Source: Microcoleus sp. (GTDB lineage Bacteria > Cyanobacteriota > Cyanobacteriia > Cyanobacteriales > Microcoleaceae). Taken from it: DNA of 20,417 nt. Numbering within the stretch: the stretch's first letter is position 1; the number at the start of each line of letters is the position of its first letter. Location of the stretch: contig JAYFMW010000024.1 in assembly GCA_042408215.1 (NCBI GenBank), positions 1-20,417 of the forward strand, given 5' to 3'. The notes beneath the pieces were generated by a model, which ran no database searches, was not told the DNA's origin, and saw only the letters and a list, made by a program, of their open reading frames with translations. Both the position numbers and the translations under genes were made by a program. Positions 6,952-16,000 of this stretch are shown here, one piece after another.

Positions 6952-8280
6952 TTACCTTTGGATAAAATGTCTTAAATCAAATAATGTTTGTTGATGTGAT
7001 TTTCTGATTATATCAGAATTTTGTAATTTTGTCTTCTCTGTAATTTTGATTGTTTTACCCTTACTAACAATTTCTATTTCTTTAGCATCTTGTAAAAGTT
7101 GAAGATATTTGCAATAATGTTTTCTGGTAGCCGGATTAAGTTCCATTGTTTTTTCACAAAGCATTTTAAATGAAATACCATCAGGATAGTTATTTATTAA
7201 ACAATCCAGATCTTGACTAAGTTTATTAATGCAATTTCTCTCACTATCTTGGTTAATATCTAACTGCAAGCTTAATTGATTTTCTGCATAAAACAATGCT
7301 GATTTAAAGCCCAATCCATAAATATCATAATGATATTGACAGTCTAAATTATTGAATTTCCAACTTCCATCCTTCATAACTTCTAAACCTCTAAGATGGT
7401 TACAGATATGAATTAAATAATATAGAACTCTATGCTCATTTCTAGGCATCATAGCAAATGTAATAATTTTTTTTGCATGGCCTCTATCTCGAAATAATCT
7501 GATTAATTCATTCCTAAATTCTGCTTGTTCTCCAAATGTATCTAAATTCTTAAAATGATTAATATCAAAATAACCATCTGTTTCAAGTATTTGTTCAAAA
7601 GTTGTTCTCCCTGTCCACTTTGGGTCATAAAAAAATCTTTTAATAAAATCAATCATAAATGTATAAATAATTTCTGATTTCTTGACACGATTTATTATTG
7701 TTCTAAAACTTTCCATCGATACATCAGACCATCCATAAGGATCGAGAAAAAATAAAGAATGACCTTTTCTTTGTTCGGCTTGATAAACGCAATAATTAAC
7801 CTTGTTTTCAAAATCATCACTAATAAATTCACATTGTTCTATCCTTTCACCTATTCCTTTAGGAAATTCAGTTGTAAAAGTATGTGGTTCTTCATCCGAT
7901 AACTCTCCAAATCCTGCTTGGGACATACCAACATTTTTCAGACATTGTAAATGCTCTTTATTTTTTTCTATAAAAATAAATTTTACATTTAAAGCATTAG
8001 TCCTTTGGGATTTTAAATAACCTTCTCTAACGGCATTAATTAAGCGAATAGGTGAACCATACCAACTATTATGTGATTCTCTATCGTTGTAAATACCTCC
8101 TCCAGAAAAACCATCAACAAATGTAAACGTATCAGTTCCATGAGGAAACACTGTCCCATAAAGCGTATAAATTAAATCAGTAACATATTGCTCTATTAAT
8201 AAATGCTTGGTTTTAGTATGAGGTTCAATATCAGGAATATTTCTGCCATCATCCGACCATTTAGTATCAGAGTTACTCAT
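6952..8280 (-). CDS. tcmP: Three-Cys-motif partner protein (TcmP), SAM-dependent methyltransferase-like fold with probable C-terminal winged helix
   Basis: PHTKTKHLLIEQY, FVDGFSGGGIY (SAM-binding motif I), GSP, FIFIEKN, FFLDPYG, SEIIYTF, YYLIH..H.RGLEVMK; adjacent to a three-Cys radical SAM gene. Confidence 0.88.
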   Translation of the reverse strand: MSNSDTKWSDDGRNIPDIEPHTKTKHLLIEQYVTDLIYTLYGTVFPHGTDTFTFVDGFSGGGIYNDRESHNSWYGSPIRLINAVREGYLKSQRTNALNVKFIFIEKNKEHLQCLKNVGMSQAGFGELSDEEPHTFTTEFPKGIGERIEQCEFISDDFENKVNYCVYQAEQRKGHSLFFLDPYGWSDVSMESFRTIINRVKKSEIIYTFMIDFIKRFFYDPKWTGRTTFEQILETDGYFDINHFKNLDTFGEQAEFRNELIRLFRDRGHAKKIITFAMMPRNEHRVLYYLIHICNHLRGLEVMKDGSWKFNNLDCQYHYDIYGLGFKSALFYAENQLSLQLDINQDSERNCINKLSQDLDCLINNYPDGISFKMLCEKTMELNPATRKHYCKYLQLLQDAKEIEIVSKGKTIKITEKTKLQNSDIIRKSHQQTLFDLRHFIQR

Positions 8281-8427
8281 CGTTTAGACCCCTTGAATAA
8301 GCGTTCTATTTATTTTAATATATTTTACTAATTTTCACTACCTGAATCTGGCGATCGGTTAGTTGTTTAGCATAGGCTAATCTTACTCAATTAGATTGAA
8401 TGCCCCATGTTTTTAGGCAATGGGGCC

Positions 8428-8476
8428 ATGCCCCATGCCCCATGCCCCATGCCCCATGCCCCATGCCCTATTCCCT
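8428..8476. repeat. Heptamer tandem repeat (ATGCCCC)x5 + ATGCCCT + ATTCCCT, STRR-type
   Basis: Units begin at 8428, 8435, 8442, 8449, 8456, 8463 and 8470, abutting the mtnP stop. Confidence 0.9.
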
Positions 8477-9347
8477 ACAAATATTTCTGCAACAACAAAC
8501 CCATTTTCTCCTTAGTGGCCGCCGGCACTTTGTCTAGCGGAGTCAGAATTGCATATTTTAAAGCTGAATGCGACTCGGAAACGGGAGGATTTTCGGTTAG
8601 CCTGCGGACTGTTTCTTGAATTACTTTTTGAGCATTTTCTGCATTCCGGTGCAAATTTGCGATTACCATTTCTACTGTTACGCTGTCGTGCTCGGTATGC
8701 CAACAGTCATAATCGGTGACTAAGGCTAAAGTTGCATAGGCAATTTCAGCTTCTCTGGCTAATTTTGCTTCCGGCAAATTGGTCATCCCAATGACTGTGG
8801 CATCCCAACTGCGGTAAAGGTTTGATTCTGCTTTTGTTGAAAATGCGGGGCCTTCCATGCAGACGTAGGTGCCGCCACGGTGGAGGTTAACGTCGGGGAG
8901 ATTCAAGGATTCGATCGCCCCTGCTAACACTTTTGCCAATTCGCCACAAACCGGATCGCCGAAGGTAATGTGGCCGACAATTCCTGAGCCGAAAAATGTA
9001 GAAATTCGATTTTTTGTGCGATCGATAAACTGATCGGGGACTACCATATCCAAAGGTTTCGCCTCTGTTTTCAGGGAGCCCACCGCTGAAGCTGAGATTA
9101 AATACTCAACTCCCAGACTCTTCATTGCATAAATATTTGCCCGGTATGGCACTTCCGATGGTAAAAAAGTGTGGTTGCGGCCATGTCTTGCCAGAAATGC
9201 TACCGGCGTACCATCCAAGGTGCCGACGATCGCAGCATCCGAGGGCGCTCCAAAAGGCGTATCAATTTTTACCTCTTCAATATCCTTGAGGGCATCCATT
9301 TTATACAAACCGCTGCCGCCGATAATTCCGATCTTTGCTTGAGCCAT
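8475..9347 (-). CDS. mtnP: S-methyl-5'-thioadenosine phosphorylase
   Basis: [80 protein letters not shown]. Confidence 0.97.
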   Translation of the reverse strand: MAQAKIGIIGGSGLYKMDALKDIEEVKIDTPFGAPSDAAIVGTLDGTPVAFLARHGRNHTFLPSEVPYRANIYAMKSLGVEYLISASAVGSLKTEAKPLDMVVPDQFIDRTKNRISTFFGSGIVGHITFGDPVCGELAKVLAGAIESLNLPDVNLHRGGTYVCMEGPAFSTKAESNLYRSWDATVIGMTNLPEAKLAREAEIAYATLALVTDYDCWHTEHDSVTVEMVIANLHRNAENAQKVIQETVRRLTENPPVSESHSALKYAILTPLDKVPAATKEKMGLLLQKYL

Positions 9348-9556
9348 AATTTTTACCTTTTTTTCTGACTTTTACCAGTGATTGTACCGGGCAACCGTAA
9401 AGTTTGCGTAAAGTTCATTGAAGATTTAATGACTTTCCTCGCCGGAATACCCTATATTGTCACCCACTATCTGTGATTTCAATCACCAACTTAGTTCACA
9501 GAATCTTTAAGAATAAAGATACTGAGTTATGTTATATATCTTTAGGTGTGAAAACC

Positions 9557-9772
9557 ATGACAGTCAGTTATGCAAGTACCCCCAAAATCTCTGTGGAGAC
9601 GATCGCCCAACGGATCTTTGCTTTCCGCCAAATTACCCCCCTCGACAGACTGCTACTCAAGAGACTGCTACTCAATTCAGCAGTGATGAACGGGTTCGAC
9701 CACAAGGATCACTTTCACATCAATCGATTGTGTCAGGCTATACAAAGCGGCTTGGTTTTAGTTGTGGAATAA
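9557..9772 (+). CDS. Small conserved cyanobacterial hypothetical protein (71 aa)
   Basis: ATG 9557 preceded by AGGTG; I..RIFA.RQIT..D...L and INRL..AIQSG.V.VV pattern recalled from a small cyanobacterial family. Confidence 0.7.
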   Translation: MTVSYASTPKISVETIAQRIFAFRQITPLDRLLLKRLLLNSAVMNGFDHKDHFHINRLCQAIQSGLVLVVE

Positions 9773-9979
9773 ATGTGCGGTGCGATCGGACAAAAGCTAA
9801 AGAGACTATTTTCAAATCTCAGCTTAAATCTGCTTGAATTGTGTTTGAGCAGAATGCATAATTTTATTAGATATTTTTTCCCCTCTCACTCTTTGCATCT
9901 ATCTCAAATTTTAATGGTTAATTTAAGATCAGAAAGATCGATATTTGATTCGTGGGATTAATTACTTTGGGGATTTTTT

Positions 9980-10078
9980 ACCGCTGATGGTGGCGGATAT
10001 ACGCGGATTAACGCGGATGAATGTTGATTTGGATTTAAGGGCGATCGCCCTTTTTTACTTAAGGGCGATCGCGCTTTT
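9980..10078. repeat. Intergenic repeats between convergent genes: ~10-bp ACGCGGAT-like tandem units (9980-10021) and two TTAAGGGCGATCGC copies (10035, 10059), the first within palindrome AAGGGCGATCGCCCTT followed by a T-tract; probable terminator
   Basis: Read directly from the sequence. Confidence 0.55.
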
Positions 10079-10087
10079 CTTGATTCC

Positions 10088-13000
10088 TTAAACCAGCATG
10101 AAATTAGCCGATGTTATCGCAGTCGGACTCACTCCAACCATAACACCTAACTGCTCCCCTGTCAAGAGGTTTTTGAGAATTGTTCCCTGAGTATTTTGAG
10201 TCATTTCCAACTGACCAAAACTCAAACCACCGGTTAATCCAATCAAATCTTGACCCAGGGTAAAATCAGCGATAATATCAAATCCTTGACCAGCTTTTAA
10301 GACAAAGATATCATTGCCACTACCGCCGATCAAACTATCATTAGCCATGCCTCCGTCAAGCAGATCGTCGCCTTTCCCACCCGTGAGAGTATCGTTGTCT
10401 GCGCCTCCGTAAAGAGTATCATTTCCGGCACACCCTCCCAGGATATCTGCTCCTGCGTCACCGTTGATTAAGTCATTACCTTCGCCACCGCAGATGGTAT
10501 CATCTCCATCCTGTCCAAACAGGTTGTCATCACCTTGACTACCAAGCAGGATGTCGTTACCTTTGCCTCCATATAAGGTGTCATTATCCTTACCACCATC
10601 GATGAAGTCATCATCTTTATTGCCATAAATGATGTCAGTACCTTCGCGACCATGTAACAAGTCATTGCCTTTGCCTCCATACATTAAATCGTTCCCAGAT
10701 TCGCCAAGGATGATGTCGTTTCCTTCGTCTCCATAGAGGATGTCGTCACCTTTGCCTCCGGTGATGAAGTCGTTGCCTTGGTTGCCATTAAAGATGTCGT
10801 TGCCGGCTCCACCATATAGGTTGTCATCGCCGGATTTGCCATTGAATATATTGCCAGTGTTGCTACCCAGTAATTCATCGTTTTGGGCAGTGCCTATTTG
10901 AATTGCCGCTCCACCGATGATGGTGTTTTCAACTGCATTGGGTTGATTGAATTTGGGATAGGTAATTTGGTCGCAGATGCAGTCATCATTAGAGATGTTA
11001 TTAGTTGTTTCCGATGATGTCGGTGTTTCCGATGTTGTTGCTGATGGTGTTTCTGATGGGGTCGGAGTGGTCTTTGGTGTCGGTGTTACCAATGGAATCG
11101 GTGTCGGTTTTCCTGATATCGCAGTGGTGGATGTTGGGGTGACGGTGCCGGGGGTGGTGTCGGGGGTGGTGCCGGTGCCGTCAGAGGTAGGTGCCTCTGG
11201 ATCGACGATCGGGTCTTTGAGAGCGATCGTCTCGACAACGGGGCGAACGGTGGGGTCATTAACCTTCACCGTCTCCATCCGAGCCAGAATAGCCTCTTGA
11301 CTGTTTTGAGCGAGGAAATCTTCAACTGTCACAGTTCCCGCAGCCAAATCGGACAAACCGACAGCAATTTGACCCACAGACACCGCTTGCAACTTGGTGA
11401 TGTCAAGGGCAATATCTTTGATGGGGCGACCGCTAGCGAGGACATCCTTGACTATTTGATTGCCGAGAGCCATGATTTGAGACGCCGCCGCCGCACTAGC
11501 AACCAGTTGTGTCGGGTTGATTTTGGGGTCAGACTCTGCTGCTTTGGTAATGGCTCCTTGAAGGATAGCCAAGATTGTTTCTGTTTTGCCCAAATCTACA
11601 GCAGCGCCACCCTTGAGTTGATTTGCGATCGCCCCAATCCCACTAAATGCGAGTTGAGCAACTGCTGTTTCCGAAACTCCCTCGATGAATTTCGCTGTCT
11701 GGACGATCGTGTTTTGCACCAGAATCATCGAACCAAACACCGATACACCATTTGTGTCCCCTTTGGCGATCGCCTCTAGGGGGTCGTAGCTACCCAAGTC
11801 AACTCCTGCGGGCAATCCTAACGCTGATTTCACCTGAGTTTCCGCTGTTGCTGGGTCAGCGCCTTGCTGCACCATAGAGGCGATCGCCGTCGTTAAAGGT
11901 GTCACAACCGTTGACGCCAGGGTAGAAGTGAGTGGCGTCGCCATCGGTAAACCCGTTGCAGCATCCACCCCGCCGATGATGTCCATGCCTCCCATCAGGA
12001 CAAACTGGCCTTCGGTGTAGTCGAGTTCACCATTTTTGTTGATATCAAACTTTTCGATATCTACGTTCAGATCGATGCTGCCATCTGCCCTGGTAATCGT
12101 AAAGGGTTCAGCCTCATCCAACATCCCGTTTAAGTTGGCATCGAAGAACACCTTACCGCTACCAATGTAACCATCTATCACACGACTCTTGTAGTATGTC
12201 CTTAATGTGTCTGCGGTAAACGTTTTGGTGCGGAAAACACCTGTGGCTCCGAACACTCCCAGCCAATTATTAGTGGTGCTACCGCTTGTTTTAGTGACGG
12301 TAATACTTTGCAGCATTTTGGCCGAGTTGGGATTGAACTTGAACCCAAATAGGGCGGGATCGTTGGTATTGTCATAACCATCTTGAGTTGTATCTTTGCT
12401 CCGATCCATTCCGTTGATCAGATAGTAACTGGACGATGTTTCGGTAATTTCGTCAAACCAATCGGGAACACTGGCTGGGATTGTTTCAGTGTTGCCATCG
12501 CTATATTTAAAAGTCACCTGCATCCCAGCGTTGCCATTTGTACTGGTGGCGAACAGGTGAATTTCTGAATACTTCTTGGGCGTAACTGCCAAGGTAAAGG
12601 ATGTGTTGTTAGTTGTGAGGACTTTGGCGTTGTTGCCGTTATTGGTGTTGTTGTAGCCTAGCTGAACGTCGGGATGGTACGCATTCGCTCGGAAAAAGCC
12701 GTTGTCAGGCAAACCGTTGCCATTCGCAGGGTTTTTAAACGTTGCAAAGGACTGAGTGAGTAGCGTTTCATTCCAGGTACTTAATCCGTCTTGTGTAGGA
12801 TCTGTGGCTCCTCCGTTGTAGTTGAAAATCACATCACGATCGAATACTGAGCTCAGGTTAAAATCTGTATTAGATAGCAGATACTGAAACTTCTCAACTC
12901 CGGTGACGATTTTCACATCGCCATTAAGAGCAACAATTCGCCATCCTGTAGCTGTCTCGGTAAACTTATAGTCTTCTTTCTGGCCGGTCAAGAGCAAGAT

Positions 13001-16000
13001 ATCGTTACCAGCCCCACCGTCAATAGTATCGTTACCAGCCCCACCATCAAGGTAATCATTGCCCTCTTCACCTTGGATATTGTCATCGCCCTGCTGACCA
13101 TATAAAGTGTCATTGCCAACCCCACCTTGGAGGGTATCATTGCCCTCCCATCCGTGGAGTTCGTCATTGCCATCTTGACCGATCAGTAAATCATTGCCAC
13201 TATCACCGAAGAGCTTGTCATCGCCCTCCCAGCCGTGGAGTTCGTCATTGCCCTCTTCACCCTTCAACTGATCGTTGCCACTCTCACCAAAGAGCTTGTC
13301 GTCGCCAGCTTGACCAGAGAGGGTATTATTTTCAGCACTACCAACCAGTGTGTCGTTATTAGCCGAACCAATGATATTTTCAATCGAAATGAATTTATCT
13401 ACGTTGCCAGAGAACCAGGCTTTGCCATTGGTTAACCTAGCTTCAACTGCACCAGTAGCAAATCTGTAGTCGGCAACATCAATACCGTCACCTCCATCAA
13501 GGACATTACTGCCATTGCCACCAGAGAGCGTATCGTAACCTCCCTCACCGTAGAGGGAGTCGTTACCATCCCCACCATCGAGGAGATCGTTATTAGACCC
13601 ACCCCCGATCGCATCGTCTCCTGCTTCTCCTTTCAGGATGTCATCGCCGTCATGACTGTAGATCTGATCGTTGCCATCACCCCCATAAAGGTAGTCATTG
13701 CCGTCAAAGCCCTCAAGGAAGTCATTGCCGTTTCGACCAAAGAGCGTATCATTATCGCTGCCGCCGTTTAGAGAGTCGTTGCCGTCACCACCGTCGAGGA
13801 AATCGTCACCCCCATCGCCATTGAGTTTGTCATTGCCAGCTTCACCGCTGAGAAGGTCATTATCATTACCACCACTGAGGAAATCGTCACCAAGACCGCC
13901 GAAGAGTTTATCCTTACCATTTCCACCTTCGAGTTTGTCATTGTCGTGGCTACCGTCGTAGTTTCCTCCCTGTTTTCCGTTGTCTTCGCCATAGAGAGCA
14001 TCATCCCCATCTCCACCTTGAAGGAAGTCGTTATCTCCCTGACCGTAGAGAACGTCGTTGCCATTTCCGCCATCAAGGGAGTCATTACCCTGATAGCCGT
14101 GGAGTTGGTCATTGCCATCCTGACCTTCGAGTGTGTCGTTGCCATGATCGCCGTTGAGACGGTCATTATCGTCCCAGCCAGCTAGAAGGTCATCGCCATC
14201 TCCACCAATGAGAAAGTCAGTACCCTCGTCACCGTAAAGTCGGTCGTTGCCCTGGTCACCATACAGAAGGTCATCACCACGTTTGCCACGGAGAATGTCA
14301 TTACCGTCCCGACCCTGAAGTTTGTCATTACCGTCATCACCATTGAGATCATCTCCATCGTTGCCGGGGCCACCATCAAGCAGATCGTTCCCGGCTCCAC
14401 CATATAACAAGTCACCTGATTCCCCGCCGTCTAGCAAGTCGTTGCCATCGCCACCATATAGTGAGTCCTGCTCCTGTTGCCCAAAGAGTTGGTCGTCGCC
14501 ACTTTCTCCACGAAGACTGTCATGTCCAGTCGAACCTTCGAGTTTGTCATTGCCATCTTCGCCATTAAGATAGTCTTCACCACCACCACCTATGAGCCAG
14601 TCATTACCTCCATTACCCCATACTTTGTCATTGCCCCCCATGGCATCAAATTTATTGTCGTTATTATCTAATCCATCTTCGATATTTACTCCGTTGCGCA
14701 CAATGCCTATGCCAATTTCGATCGCTCCCTCGACCGGATTTCCCAAAAATGCACCAATTTTATCGAAGGTATCGAGTACAGCTGATGAAACAGTATTAAA
14801 TCCAGTAACGACACCATCAATGGCTTTATTTACAGCCTCAGTGACGACACCCAGGACACGGCCTATCGCCTGGTCAAACACATCTTCGATACTTCTCAAA
14901 GGAGCTAGGTCTAGTATGGTGTATTGAACTCCGCCCAGTGGCCCAGCACTAAAAGATACAGCCATCTGGGAACTACTAGGTCTACCATCTGAGGTAATTG
15001 TCAGAGTTGCACCAACATTACCAATTTCGGGGATATCGTAGCCTATGCCACCTGTAACCTCTAGCTTGCCATCCTTGATGCTGATGCTGGCATACTCTAG
15101 CGTTTGACCGAAAATTTTGGCTGTCCCTTTGATTGTTATATCTTTTGCATTTTTGACATCAATTGTCGCGTCCTCGATTGATACGACTCCGAATAAGTCA
15201 ATATTTCCTTGAACTGTCAGTCCATCTTTTTCATTACCATTAATCTGAACTGCTGCAATTTCGTTCCCAAGCAACTTCAGCGTAGCAGAGCCACTCGCAG
15301 TCTTGTTGCCAATATCAAGTGAAAAATCGTTAATATCTAGTGCTACGACTCCAAAATTCACATCATAATCTTTGACTTTGACACTCGTGGGTGTGATCTC
15401 AAAGTTAGCTTTAGCGACTGTTGCACCAAAAACCTCAAGTTTCCCGTCCCCTTTGAGATATTGCTCAGTGGTATCGACTTTGAGATTTAAATCCAAAGTC
15501 TTATCATTGTCACCATCTGCCCCTGTCAGCTTCAAAAATCCCCAGTCAATTTCATCAATCTTCAAAGATCCGTTTAAGCTTGGATTGATTACATCATAGG
15601 GATTGGCGTTAAGGCTGAGAATAACATCTTTGCCCCACAAATTTATCTGGCCATTGATCCCAAAACCTTTTGTTAATTTCGTCTCGCCAATCTCTGTATT
15701 AAAAGGCACTAACTTTAGGAGTGGATCGAGTATTTTATCTGCATTGCCATCGATAGATTTAATATTTAAATCCAGAACCTCCTTCAAAAAGCCTTCTGCC
15801 GTTTTGACAAAACCGACTTCCTTACCCACTTGTTTGATCAGATAAGAACCGACTGGCCCAGCCCAAAGGTCAACTATGTTGATGGGATTGTTGGCTGTTA
15901 ATTCGACAGCAAATTTCTTTGGATCGTTGCTATCCACTGCGAAAGCCGCCTGGATATCGAAGTTGCCAAACTTCAAATCTCCCATGAATCCAACATTATC

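Larger units (their letters stand above)
2068..11887. repeat. HIP1 octamer GCGATCGC, seen at 2068, 4021, 4838, 5242, 5344, 5446, 10041, 10065, 11625, 11766 and 11880
   Basis: Manual scan, so some copies may be missed; HIP1 is a hallmark of many cyanobacterial genomes. Confidence 0.85.

Noticed and set aside
8407..8619. ORF with PHAPCPMPHAPCP
   Set aside because: Translation of the ATGCCCC heptamer repeat, antisense to mtnP
9529..9961. ORFs 9529..9837 and 9773..9961
   Set aside because: The first overlaps the better-supported 9557..9772 gene in another frame; the second lies in AT-rich intergenic DNA with no recognisable features
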